Under the pieces are notes generated by a model. That model was given only the letters and a program-made list of their open reading frames with translations. It was not told the origin of the DNA and made no database searches. A DNA stretch of 64,000 bases from Vicugna vicugna (Eukaryota): NCBI GenBank assembly GCA_013265495.1, contig MU058337.1:6988716-7052715 (forward strand), in the 5' to 3' direction. The stretch's first letter is position 1, and each line of letters opens with the position of its first letter. Positions 1 to 13,084 of this stretch are shown here, one piece after another. The translations under genes were made by a program, and so were the position numbers.

Positions 1-183
1 AATATTTTAAAACTCAAATCAGTCAATTTGCAGGGTTCTACAACAAAGTACTTCCGATGCACTTCTAGTCACTGACTAGTGATCAATTTGGGTAATTCTG
101 GGCCCCAGTTTTTCCTTTTGAAGATAAAAAATCAAGTGCTTGTATGTCAATTATGCCTCAATTGGAAAAAAAAAGTAGTTTTT

Positions 184-714
184 TGTATGATCAGGCCTCA
201 TAAGATGGCTGCTGTCTTGCTCTCTGTGCTTCCCTGCGTGACCCTGCCCTCCCTCACCCTTACCGTATGTGCACGAGTGCCTCCCCATCCTAAGCTGAAA
301 GTTTGATCAGTAACTACCCATGTGATTGGCTGCACCCCTAGCTGATGATTGTTCTAGCCCTCGGACCGGAATGGTTCCAGTGTGTTCGATCATCATCCAG
401 AAACAGCAGTCTTGCGACAGCTGCTAACCCAGAGAGCTGTAGGGGGACGCGTCCCAGCCACCCTTCTGGCAACCAAGGAGCCCTTCTGACATCATGCCCC
501 CTGTAAGTGATAGCCGCCTCCTCCCCTGTGTAGCAAACTATGTCCTACCTGCCGTTGGCCATACGCAGTGAGGTGTCGCCCCAAGACCTTTGCCTGTGAT
601 GGAAGATTCCCTGTCCAACGAATCATTGATGTTGCTGTCACTGACTCTGGGTTCTTTCTTTGGTCTCATGGGTGGGGAGTCGGAAGGATGGCAGGACTGG
701 GATGTAGCCCAACA
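184..714 (+). mobile_element. probable ERV solo LTR
   Basis: Starts TG and ends CCCAACA. An LTR-like R/U5 tract follows a degenerate poly(A) signal near 617. The TSD is not clean. Confidence 0.5.
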
Positions 715-1871
715 CTCTTGGAGTTACGTCACCAGGAGAAGCACTGAACTGAAGTGTGTTGAGGTGGCTTTAAAGCCAGGCCGTGTGCCAGATCTGTGCT
801 AAGCCTGCTTCTTCTAAGCCAAGAGTAGTTATGGGCAGTCTGGTAATTAGCCTAAGTTCATTTTGTTGTTAGTGTGACATTCCTGTCGCCAGTGATGGCC
901 AGTTTCCTACACCAGGGGCCTGTCCCCCCCCACGTGTGACCAGCTGGAAGAGCTTAGTGGAGCTGAAGAGCAGTGAACAGCTGTAACCAGTGAATCATCA
1001 GTTTAAAGAAGAGGAGAAAATAGGAGATTATGGTCTTAACCCGTAGTTTGGTAGATAGAGAGGTGTGGCTTCCCACAGGCCCACCTCAAGTCTTCCAAGC
1101 TCCTCTCTTCTACCATTTCTTTTTCCTTTTTCTGTCTTCATCTTTTCCTTATGTTTCCTCCATCTCAGCATCTTTTGCCTCCCCAACCCCTAGGTGTCTG
1201 TCACTTTTGTCCCCTCGCCATCTCCTTCTTGTCCCTCTTCCTTTCTTTCCTTCATCATTCTCAGCCTCTTCTCCTCTGATAGTTTCTTTCCTCCTCCTAA
1301 GAGCCACGAGTAGAAGCGAGGTGTTGTGCCAGCTGTTTGTATTTAAAGCGAGAGCTTTTTTGCCTTGTACTTAACTTACGTAGCCGTGAGTCCCTCTCCG
1401 TTGGCCCCTTTTCCTTGGAGTCAGTGGTTCTCTCTGGGACAGTGTTCCCTGCAGCTGAGGAAGACCTTTGCCCATTCAGGTCTCCAGGAGTCGTTTCATT
1501 GAGCGACTTCAGGGTTTGTCTAAGTTTCGAATCTTCCGAGTCCTGGGGACCAAAGAAGACATGTTATTCTTCCATGAGATTTCCCTCATGCTGTTCTTCT
1601 GCAGGCCTTCTTGCTTAACATGCACCATCAGTCTTTAACAGAGATGTTGGCTTATAAACTCTCCATATATTTCCTGTGGTTGAGCATTGGTGTGCATAGA
1701 CCCTTAACAAGGCAGCCTGGAGAAGAGAGAGTTCTGACTGACAGAAGACTGCATTCTAGTCCAGTCTGCTGGTTACTTGGTGGGACATTTCAAGAGATGA
1801 GCTCAATTTGTGATCCTCAGTTTCCAGCCTCAGTAAAATGGAGAGATGTTTCCATGCCTGCCTTAGAGTGG

Positions 1872-2210
1872 TGTTAAAAGATAAACTGAGGCATATTAAA
1901 CATTTTAAGAGTTTATTTGAGCGAAAATCAATTCGAATTGGGCACCACCCAATTCCCAGTGGTTGGCAGCGCGCTGGCAACAGGAGGTGGGGGGAGACTT
2001 ATATGAAGAAAGTGCAGAAGCTAAGAAAGGAAGTTATTGATTGGCTCTAGTGCAAAGCCCAGTTGGCTGTTTGTGCTTGGCTGTCTTTAGTGTCTTGATT
2101 TTATAACCTTGAGGCATTTGCAGGCACATATTGGTTTGCTTATGTAGGCTGCCACCTACGGCATTAGAGCCCCCTCAGACTAATGGCCTCCATGTTTGAT
2201 TGATTTAACA
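1872..2210 (-). mobile_element. ERV1-class solo LTR inserted in a MIR
   Basis: TGTTAAA...TTTAACA inverted ends, 4-bp TSD GTGG (1868-1871, 2211-2214), minus-strand CCAAT (2040-2044) and AATAAA (1912-1917). MIR core halves lie on both sides. Confidence 0.8.
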
Positions 2211-2612
2211 GTGGATTAAGTGTGATCATCTGTATAAAAACACCTTGAGAGTTAACAGTGGCACACAAAAGGAAGGTAATCCTAATATCCACCACATTAC
2301 ATGAAATACTGCCTAAGTAGCTTCAGGGAAAAAAAAATAATTCATCTAGGTAACAAAAGCGTGATTTGGTGTGCTAAATTGCAAAACAATTATGAATACT
2401 TTTATAGTTTTCATTTATTAAACGTTTTAAACAATCCAAGTTCGGTCAAATGGTGAGAATTGTCATTAAATACATTTAAGAAGATGTAAACATACTGTCG
2501 GTATCAGTCCAGAAATAGCAAACGTCAGTTGATTAAACATGGAAAATTAATATGAAGAATTACAAATTGGTGAAAGGTGATCAACTACTAGAGAGTAAAT
2601 TTAACTCTACAG

Positions 2613-2868
2613 CAAGATCCACAAACTATGGCCCTTGGGCCCAATCTGGCTGTCGCAGTCCCCTCTTGCCACAGTTTTATTGAGATGTCATTGATATATA
2701 TCACTACATTGCCTCTTTTTGTAAGTAGAGTTTTACTGTCACACTGCCACGCCCATTTGTCGACTTAACTGTCTCTGACTGCTTTTGTTTACTGCTTATG
2801 ACAGAAACCATAAGTCACCTAACTTATTTACTCTCCACCTCGTCACCAAAAATGTTTGCCAACCCCTC
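2613..2868 (+). mobile_element. MER58A-like hAT-Charlie DNA transposon
   Basis: CAAACTATGGCCC...GTTTTACTG..CAC.GCCACGCCCATTTGT...GTTTGCCAACCCCT. Confidence 0.75.
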
Positions 2869-4051
2869 CTCTAAGAATACAAGACTAGTCTATCTAGGGA
2901 GCAGAGACCCAGGGAAAGAACAAACTTGGAAGAGCTCCCCCACTGGCAGCCGAGGCTAGGATTCAGGCCTCGGTGAGGGGAGTATGCCTGGTCCACTGGA
3001 CGGGGAGGTTTGCTGGGGAGCTGCAGGCTGGAGGGCTGGGAACCATCTGCTGGGGTGCCTGTACAACTTCTGGGGAATGTGTGCCTCTGGGCCTCTCACA
3101 GAAAGCCCCCACTGGCTACTGTGCTGTAGGTACAAAGCAAAACAAAAACAAAAATAAACCAACCCCAGAACACTGGAGCCTGAGAAAAGCCCCTCTCTCA
3201 GCAGTGTGCCTGCAGCACTCTCTGCTAATGAGGGCTGACATTGTGGCCCTGCTTTCTGATAAAGCAGTCTGACTTTCCCTTGTGGCCTGGAGGGAGTGGA
3301 GCTGATGCCCCCGTGCGAAGGGGCCGAAGGGACGCATCCAGCTGAGGATTCCCCCTGGCCAGCACATGCCCGTTGGAGCAGTCAGGCCTGGAAAACTAGG
3401 TTACCCGCTCTGGACTTCCCTGGTTGTGGTCATGTGCTGGACAGTCTACAGAGCAGGGGAGAATGGTGTCTGTTCCATCCTGCAGCCTCTCCATCTGACT
3501 TCTTTGTAATGGAAGTTTAGCTGTCAGAATCCTGAGCTCTGCCATTGGAGAAAGCTGTGTGCATCTTTGGGTTTTGTTAGGAATATAGTCATGGCCCCTA
3601 AGAAAAATGTTACAAGTTGTGGCATTCATCCATTTTGCCAACAAGCACCTATGGACTTATAATTATATATAGCATGACAAACTAAAATGAAGGAGCAAAC
3701 GATTTGTTTAAGTCAAATTAAAATATTTTAGAGAATACTTTTGTTTTCTGTGGCAGTTCTTACTAAAGTAATTACTTTGTATAAATTTCTTCTTTTGGCC
3801 TTTTTAAAATACAAAAACAGTTTAACATTACAGATATTTTATACGAGAAATTACCTGCACTTTCACTATGATAATTTTAATTTTTTTGATTTTGCATATT
3901 TTTAATCTCCATCCATAAACATGTTTCACCCAATTATAATAATATAATAATGTTAACTTGTGTGGGCATTGTGTTTTTTCTCAGCATGTTGTAAGTTTTT
4001 TTGTAGAGTCTACTTAAAAGTTACTGAAGTTAAATATGAACATTTTTATAT

Positions 4052-4855
4052 GTGTCTTAGGCAGAGCAAGCTGACTGCTTCATTAAAAACTTGAGAACCT
4101 CATTGGCTTAACACAGTAGATGCTTTAGTTCTTGTTCACAGGCTATTTCAGTTTCAATTTTAAGCAGTCAGCCTTCTGCAGGGTGATTCAGGATCCAAGC
4201 TCCTTTTATCTTGGGGCTCCACCCACTCCTCAGTGTCCTTGAGTCCCCTGCAGGATCCTGTGCGTGCTGCTGGCAGTGAGGAGTAGGGAGAGAGCAGGGA
4301 ATAGTGGCTGTCTCAGTTAGCTTGGGCAGCTGTAACAGAATGGGGCTTAAACAACAGATACTTGTTTCTCACAATTCTGGAGGCTGGGAAGCCTAAGATC
4401 AAGGCACTGGCAGATGCAGTGTCTGGTGAGGGTCCACTTCCTGGTTTGTAGATGGCTGTCTTCTTGTTGTGTTCTCACCTGGTGGAAGAGATGAGAGAGC
4501 TCTTGGGGGCGGGTATCTCTTGTAAGGGCACTAATCCCATTCAAGAGGGTGCCACCCTCATGACCTAATCACCTCCTAGAGGCCCCATTTCTTAACCTCA
4601 GTATATTTAGGGATTAGGTTTCAACATAAGAGTTTCAAGGATGCAGACATTCAGTCTGTAGCAGAGGCTTTTATGAGCTAGGCTTGGCAGTGGCCACATC
4701 CCTTCCACTCATATGCTATTGGCCAGAAGACTGTCACATGACCACACCCATCCATGGGAAGGCTGGGAAATGTAGTCCAGCTGTATTGCGAAGGAAAGAA
4801 GGCAGACTTTGGGAACACATAGTCTCAGTTGCAGTTTCCAATTTAATTGCCACAT
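4052..4855 (-). mobile_element. old MaLR LTR (MLT1J-like), split by a younger MLT1A-like LTR
   Basis: TGGCTTAACACA, GGATCCAAGCTCCTT and ATTGGCCAGAA...GGCTGGGAAATGTAGTC motifs flank the nested element. Ends approximate. Confidence 0.65.
4309..4663 (-). mobile_element. MLT1A-like MaLR solo LTR
   Basis: TG...CA ends, CTCACAATTCTGGAGGCTGGGAAG, CCCTCATGACCTAATCACCTCC; 5-bp TSD GTGGC/GAGGC. Confidence 0.85.
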
Positions 4856-5951
4856 ACCAGATGTCTTTAATATATTTCCTATATATTGTCACTTTAACAT
4901 GTACAGCATTTACTGAATTGTGTGTATGAGATGATTTTTTATTAATAGCTTCAAAAAACAAATCTTGCAGTTTATAACTGTTTTTTATCTTTTAAGTATA
5001 GCTGATTTACGATTGTGTTAGTTTCTGGTGTACTTGTAGTAACTATTGATATAATGAATTTAATAACACTTTTTGTGTATATGTGCATGCATGTGCACAC
5101 ACACACATATTTTAGCACTTGGCATACTGTGCTATAGTTAGTTGAGTATGTATCTTTATCCTCCACCTGGCCTAATTAGTGCCTTACATGTGGGAAGTGA
5201 TCACTGAACACTGGCAGTGGCTAGAAATAGATGAGATTTTTACTGGGAAGACTAACTTTGGAAATAGCTAGAGAAGGCATAATCTCTCTTTGCTTTCCCC
5301 ACTTGGTCATAGCCTCCTTCTCAGTGCATGCCAGCTATGGTCATCTTTTCCCATGGGGGGTCACCCACAAACCCTGATTTTAGTACGTTTTACCCCTTGC
5401 TTGCCTTATTTTGATCCAGCTCACATTTTTTGGTGTTTAGGTATTGCTTATGTAGGTATATAGATGGTTCAGGATAGACAGAGATATTTTGAGACTTCAG
5501 AGATGAGCTCCACAGAGTGTTATATGAAATAGTGAGCTCTGTGGATGCTTTAAGCCCAGGACCAAGAAAATGTAGTCATGGCTGGAGCCGCTGGCCTTCA
5601 CTGCCAGACCATGGCTAGCCCCCCCTCAAGCAGGGCAGCTCTGGCTTAGAAGGGTACTGACTAGCCAGAGGTGACCCAAGACATGACTGGAGGTTCCATT
5701 AGACTCCATAGCATCCTTTGTGCTTAAATAACCAAATGAGCATGAGTAACCATGAAACGTCTTCTGTGCCTTTGAAAACAACTTGTATCTCTTGTGTCTG
5801 ATTCTTCCTAATAACAAAACTGGCACACTCTCGTTGTAGAAAAGTTGGAAAATACAAAAACATACTGAGTAGAATGTATAAAATTCTTCAGTCTTAATAA
5901 GTTGCATTTATCTGTAAGAGTGTTTTAATTGCTTATCTTTTAACCTTCTAG

Positions 5952-6068
5952 GCCAAGCCAAAGCTGATTGAGCCACTCGACTATGAAAATGTCATCGTCC
6001 AGAAGAAGACACAGATCCTGAATGATTGTTTAAGGGAGATGCTGCTCTTCCCCTATGATGACTTTCAG
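5952..6068 (+). CDS. DOCK9: DOCK9 exon ~2 (AKPKLIEPLDYENVIVQKKTQILNDCLREMLLFPYDDFQ)
   Basis: ttctag|GCC ... CAG|gtagat; 117 nt, phase 0/0. Confidence 0.97.
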
Positions 6069-6521
6069 GTAGATAACTACTAAGTGCCTGTAAATAGAGC
6101 CGTGTGGTTGATCTTTACAAACAGTTCTTTTCTATCTCTTGATTTATTTTTTGGTTAGTTAATTTAAGAAATTTAAAAGATGAAAAGAAGAGATGATATT
6201 TAAGAGAGAAAAGTTATTATTGTTATATTCTTCCAAGCATTCTTTCATGAGTTGATTTTTTTATTGATGTTATTTTGTCATATACATGAATATTCGTGTG
6301 TGTGCAGTTATGAATGTATGTTACATGTGTATGTGCATATATGCAAATACATGCATATAGCACATACATATATAACATAAATATTTCTTCTAGGTGTGTG
6401 TCTTTTATCTTCAGTAGACTCTGGGCTAATTCTGTGGATACAAGTGCCTCCTATGTCTTAGGAATTTTGTAGAGTTTAGGGTTTTTGCCACGTGCCTAAG
6501 AGTCTTAAGGAGGGAATGGAC

Positions 6522-6551
6522 GGAGGAGGCCAAGATGGCGGAGTAGAAGGA
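6522..6551 (+). mobile_element. extreme 5' end of an L1 (YY1 box) between 15-bp direct repeats
   Basis: GGAGGAGGCCAAGATGGCGGAGTAG(AAGGA), flanked by AAGGAGGGAATGGAC (6507-6521) and AAGGAGGGGATGGAC (6547-6561). Confidence 0.65.
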
Positions 6552-9500
6552 GGGGATGGACTAGTGAAAGATTTTGTAATGCATGCTTTTAGGATGGCTT
6601 ATTGGGAGACTGCCTTGAGAGAGGCCCTGAACTGAGTGTGGGCTCAAGAGAAGGGGTTGGGGTTCCTGACAGCCAGGAAAGTCCTGGCATTCCCTTCACT
6701 GATGCAGTGACAGGTGCTGTTTCCGGGAGCTCAGTAGCTGCCAGCAGGGGACTCGGCACAGGGGTCTCAGCTATGAGCTGCTCTCTAGATTGTTGCTTGA
6801 AGCCTTTCAGACTGTGGCCTGGGGCTAAGTGCCCTACAATCACTTGAGGCCAGTGAGGCATGATAAAACCCTAATGGCATTAGATGCCTAGCAATCTGGA
6901 GTCATCTTGGTCTATTGGAGATTCTAGTTACTTCCCTTGCTCTCCTGGTACTTAATCTTGGCACTTCCTTCATCTCTACCTTGATGCTTCTCTACCTGAT
7001 GCTGTTTCCATCTAAGACCGGTCTTCTGTGAATTAAACTGCCTTATTTTTGTTTAAAGCTTCCTTGATTCTTTGTTATTTAATTTAAAAAACTAGTACAT
7101 ACTTGTAAACAAACAAATAGGCATTATTAAAACACCTGACATTAAAAGCCTCCTTTACCACCTTCTTTCTAATCCCATTCCCCAGAACATAACCTGCTAT
7201 ACACAGCTCTTCATGTACCGAATTGTCTTTAGAAACTTCCATGTTAATAACAATTGTTAAATTATATTCCTTGAAATTTTTTTCCCACCAAATTTAAGAG
7301 CCTCCAGTTTACAGCAAAGGTAGAATTTTCACAAATGTTCACTTCTAACTTGTTAGAGATACATGTGGAGAAAATGATTATACTCTAGTTCTTCCCTGAA
7401 AAATAAGGAATGCCATGGAAATGAAATTGACCATTAGTTCAATGCTGCTGCCAAAGTATGTTCCACTGATAAATGGTTTCAGATGGTGCTCCAAAATATG
7501 ATGCTTTGAGAACTTCATTACATGAATAGATTACCCAACTAAGGGATGAATAAATGGAAACCTCAGAATGATACTTTTTGCCTGTGATTTTGGCAAAAGA
7601 TTTGTTAGCATGAGAAGTTAAATGAGATGATTATAAATTATATTCCATGTTGACATATTTTTCCTGTCGTGTGCTCTGAGGAAGCCAAAGGTTATCTCAA
7701 GTTGCTCTGAGCATGAAGTATGTATTCTTCTTGGTATCAGTTAGAGTAAGTTGTTTCGAGTTTGCAGCCTAGAATGCAAAATTGTATCTGCAATTCTGAG
7801 ATAAAATTGCCCAAAAAAAAGCAAAGCAAAGAAATAAGAAATAAGATATAGTTAATTTAGTTTCATCTTTTGTCTCAAGGCCAAGGAACCTGGATGTTTA
7901 AACTATTGTGGAAACAGATGATTGAAACTTTGAGAAAAACTCCATTGTCCCTTTTGCCCCTAACTTCTTCTCTGGGGATAGGAGACACAAATATTCTAGG
8001 AACGGCAAAGAAATCACTGACATTTTGCTGGCCAAGTTTGAATGAGCAAGTGTTAATTTCTGCTTGGGGGAAGTTTTTTCAAAGCTTGAGGAGCTTGAAT
8101 GTCAGTGTCGATTGCCATCACAGTAGTTGTGATGGGCTCCTCTGGAGTTTGGATGGTGTTACTTGTTTCCTGGGAGACTTCTGTTTTCTAATCTGGTAAG
8201 GCTGTGTATCCTGTGCTTTCTTGCTAAATTGTCTTAATGATTTTACCACCTGCCTAGTTAGCTGTATGATCCAAATGTCTTAATGATGCCACAGATTCCC
8301 TCTGTCTGTCCCTGGGTTTTTTGTTTGTTTGTTTTTGTTTTTTTTAGCAGGATAGGAGCAGAATTATTGTTGTATTATTAGAGGAAGAGGGAACAAATTA
8401 GGTCAGAGGAAAATATTTTACTTCATATGTAAAAAAGACAGGAAATGGGTCAGGTAGTGAGCAAAGTGCATGGTGAGGTTGATTTGCAATCCTATACTTA
8501 CTAGTTAAACAATATTAATTACCTATTAAAATAATAGAAGTTGGTGTGAAGTCCTGTCAAATATATTCAAAGTGATAATTCACTGAAATGTAGGTGTGGA
8601 TAGTGGTGATACACTTGTGCAGGTCATGAGTAGACCTGTGTTGGGGTTGTCAGCCCCTAAGGATGTCTGAGTTCTCTGAAAACAAATCTAATGGGTGTAC
8701 TTGTCTGAGGTGGGAGAAGAGTGTTGAAAGCAAAACACCCTGAGAGACATGAAGTCAATGTGGATTTTAAAAAGACAGAAGGACATTTCTCAGCCGTTCG
8801 AACATTTATGAAGTGAAGTTTTCTCTGCCCTGACTGGCGCAGGGATGCCACGGCTAATACAACCCTCCCTTGCTGACTACCCTTGTTCTTCAGAATCGGA
8901 CTCAGGGGCTTTGGGGTCTGTTCTGTTGTCTGTGCCTTGGCTTCATGGTTCTCCTTTCCAGCAGGATCATCTCTTCTTCTCCATCGTTCTAGAACCGCCT
9001 CACCCTTTGAGATTACAGTCCTCCAAAGCTATTCAAGTCCACAGTCATCCCTCCAGCCCCGTTCTCTAATTCCTCTAATGCTTACTGTCTACATCATGTG
9101 CATTAATGCCTAAGTGCATTGTCTTGAGCTTTTCACTGATGGCTCCTTGTACTTCTTGTGTTCAAGTATTCCCACCTGTGCTATGACCCTGAGGAAGGTG
9201 CTTCTCTAACCTCCCTCGCTGCCCACTCACCTCCACATCCACAGAATCTCTGCACGCTGGTTGCCAGGGGTGGGTGCTTCTGGCTTCATAAAGTTATCAT
9301 GAACGTTAGGTAGTTTTCTTTGATTCACAAAGTGAATATAAGTACCACTGAGCACATGTGGAAGTGCCCATGACTAGATCTGTAAACTTCTTGCCAAGTC
9401 AGTGATTTGGTTTGGTGGAAATTAGATAATTTCTGAAATAAAATAAAATGGAAGTGAAACAGGGTCATGAAAGGAGTATAATTCCTGGTGGCTAACGGAC

Positions 9501-10090
9501 CTTTCTTGTTCTTTAAGTTTTGTGGCCACATCAGATTTACGTGGTATGAGTCTGAGAACTTTTCCATGGGTAAATTATAGGTAAACTTTAACAGGCAATT
9601 AGACAGAGAAGATAACCTTTATGATTAAAATGCTTTAGATCAAGAAAGGTAAGTGGACTCATTGCTTAAGAAATGACAAATCTCTGCATAAGTGTAAGTG
9701 CTGCCCTGGGTTCCCCCCTTTCCTATCAGAGACAGACAATTCAGTGTGAGTCTGGTGGTAGATTTCCAATCAAGGTTCTCCTCCAAGTGCAAGTCTTTTG
9801 CCAGGTGATACCATTGGTGTTGACATTCTTAATTGCTGTCATCCATCCACTGAATCTATAGCTGGCTTTCGAGCTCCTTGTATCCTGGCTTGTGGCACAA
9901 CTCACCAATGTTTGTGCAGTTTTGTAAAGTGATAGAATATGGAAAGGGTAGTGAATAGTTTAAAAAAAAAGATGTTGGGAAGCAATCTATGGATACCATT
10001 TATATTTCACAAAAGTTAGACTTTGGTGTCTGATATAAACTAACAAGGCATAGAGTCTGTATGAAGGAAATAAGAAAAGTGTGTCATATT

Positions 10091-10547
10091 TGTTGGGGGA
10101 CAAGGAGGGCTGGTGTCGTGGGCAGTTTACCAAAGACAAAGGATGAGAATAGGAAGGAGTTTATTAGATCACGCTGCCAGAGACAAACAGCGGGCCACAC
10201 AGACGAGAGGAGCCCGTGTGAGCCCCAAGGGCTGGTTGTTGGGGTCTTTTATAAGGTCAGGTCACAGGGTGCCTGGTTGGCTTGTGCACAAGTCTCTGAT
10301 TGGTTGCAGGTGAGGTAAGAAGTTTAGGACCCATGAAAGGCGGTTGGATTTGTGACTCTCTGGTAAGGTGGGCTGAGACAAGCCAGGATGAGCTATTGTG
10401 AGATTAGGCACTACCTAGGGCTATTAGTTTGTTAGGGGAAACACGCCCAGTAAAGAATGTACTTTATCTGTTGAGGGATCACAGGCAGACACCTGAGAGC
10501 CCAGAAATGGGGGTCGTTAGACTTTGAAGGACATCATTGGCCCCACA
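10091..10547 (-). mobile_element. ERV solo LTR, 457 bp
   Basis: TGTTGGGG...CCCCACA ends, perfect 5-bp TSD ATATT. Minus-strand CCAAT (10299-10303), TATAAAA (10247-10253) and AATAAA (10160-10165) occur in LTR order. Confidence 0.85.
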
Positions 10548-11092
10548 ATATTCCACTTCTGTGGATATACCCAAAGAATTGAAGGTAGAGACTCAAAGAA
10601 AGACTTGTACACCCACATTCCTAACAACATTATTGATGATAGCCAAAAGGTATCATCCATTGATGGGCAAGTGGATAAACAAATTGCTTATATATGTACA
10701 GTGAACTATTCTTCAGCTTAAAAAAGGAAGGAAATTCTGGCACGTGCTACAATATGCATGAACCTTGAGGACATTATGCTAATAGAAACAAGAGTCAAAA
10801 AAGGGCAAATATTGTGTGGTTCCACTTATATGAGATACTTAGAATAGTCAAATTTATAGAGATAGAAAGTAGAATGCTGGTTCCCAGGAGATGGAGGAGG
10901 GGGAATGGGGAGTTAATTGTTGAGTGGGTACAGATTTCCGTTTTGTAAGATGAAGAATTCTGTGAATGGATGGCGGTGATGGCTGTACCACAATGAGAAT
11001 GAATGTTCTTACTGCCACTAAATTGTACTCTTAAAAATGATTAAGGTGTTAAATTTTATGTTATGGATATTATGCCATAATTAAAAAAAAAA
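10548..11092 (+). mobile_element. L1MB-like LINE-1 3' fragment
   Basis: Degenerate ORF2 end and 3'UTR (ATGAACCTTGAGGACATTATGCTAA, GAAAGTAGAATG.TGGTT.CCAGG), followed by an A-tail. Confidence 0.85.
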
Positions 11093-13084
11093 GAACAGGT
11101 TGTTCTTGGATTTCTATGCTGTACGGATGTGAAATTGCTGTCTTCTTGAAATTGGGGTGAGATGTCAGGGTAGGGAGGGGCTTATCAGGTGCTCTTCCTG
11201 CCGATATTTCACGGTGTTTTATCATCGTCAGATCTCTCGGTAAGAGAATTTAAAAGAAAAGATGGGAAGATGATCAATAATTGGCAATTTTAGAAATTTC
11301 ACTTTTGGAAATGTTTAAATACAGGAGAATCCTAAAGTGTTCTCAGCATTGTATAGAATAATGTGGTTAATCCATTTCCCTTTAAGTAACATCCTGATTT
11401 TTATTTTTCCTCTGTTTCTTTTCCTCTTCTGCTTACATGAGGCTGATAAAGATCTTACAAACCACTGACTTGAAAAGGAAACCAGGCCCCACTACTTACA
11501 AAGGGCCTGGAAGTCTCTCATCTCATTTCCCATCTGTCCTTTTGAAAAGAAAAAATTTTTTTTCACAGTGTTTTGTCTTTGCTTTTTATTATATGCTGCC
11601 AAAAAAATAATCTCAGTACTTTGTTCTGGGCTTTTTACTGAAAAGTGTTTTTGTGATAAAATTCCTCAAAATTTTTTTTGGTCAGCAGTCAGTGGTTCAG
11701 TTTCCGTGAACATTGTGGTATCTGGAATGTTAGTTCATGTCTAGGATTGAACCTACCTGAAAAACCTGCATAAATAATGTTTCTGAACTGACATTTGCCA
11801 GGCTTTCAGGAGATGAGGATTTTAACTCTAGCTCAGGTAATGCCTTTTACAGGAAACAGTGACAGATCATTCTTTTATCAAGTATGTCTTAAAAACAAAA
11901 GCTTATTTTTCAGATAACACTGATCAGCTGGGTTGAAGAGTGTATATATTTAGCATATAGTTTATAGTTACACTCTTTGTGTAAAGGGCTCAGCCGCATG
12001 GGATGCTTAAGAGTATAAATGTAAGACATGGTTTCTGCTTTCAAATTGCTCTAAACTTGGAAAAGGCAGTACTGAATTAATATTAATAAGGAGAACGTGG
12101 CTAGTATCATGACAAAATTGAGCCCCATGGACATTTATTCTTGGAATATTAAGTTTGAGACAGTGGGACATCCAGGTGCTGAGTCCTTCAGTGGTTGGAA
12201 ATACAGAAGTCCAGCCACTGGGAGAAGCCAGACTTACTGATCTGGGCTCACCCATAGAAAGGTGAGACAGCAGCCAAAGAGGCCAAAAGCATGAGAGGGT
12301 CCCCAAGGGACTGAATCTTGGGGAGCACCTTCAGTTAGGAGGAAGGGAAGGTGGGAATCAGAGACAGAAAGTGGGAAAAGGATTGGGAAACTGCGGGGCT
12401 CTGGAAGGTGTTGAGAGGAGTTTGAAGAAGGCAGGCAGAAAGAGCAGATGGTCACGTGCTCCTGCCCAAGAGGTGGGAGAACAGTCCTCAGAGTTGGTAC
12501 CATTATTACCTGTGATGACAATTTGTCATCAAGGCTAATGAAGCAGGGCGGCAGTGGGGGGGGTGCACAGAGGTTAGTGTTAAATGGTAGCTGACAAGCA
12601 ATCATTGTGACTCAGAGCAATAACAAGGGGTTTTTTTCAAGATTGGGAAAATAACAATGAGCCAGGAAGGCATGTCCGGGAAAGAGGAAGAGATTGAAGA
12701 ATGCAAGATATGGGGGTGCAATTTTTTAAGTAAGGCTCTTCAGGGAGGTCTAACAGGATGGAATTAAGGGTCTTTGAGGGAAGAGTTCAGGGAGAAAGAG
12801 AGATGGTTGTGACTCTGAATGGGAAGGAAAGGATTGGGTATTTGAGAAACTTAGAGGTGGATTGGGCTGAGGGAGCTGATGGCAGATTGGCCCACGGGAA
12901 AGGCAGCCTGGAAAAGACTGGGGAGAGTTTGGAAAGCCGGCTCTGGGGAATGGGATGGGGAGGGGTACCAGTAAGAGCCGTCAGTCAGCATTCCTCTTGC
13001 TGTAACCATGGCCACAGCCCTCCTCCTTCCTTACCTTGGTTAATCCTAGCATGTCTTGCAGATCCTATCCTCACCCCTTCCTGT

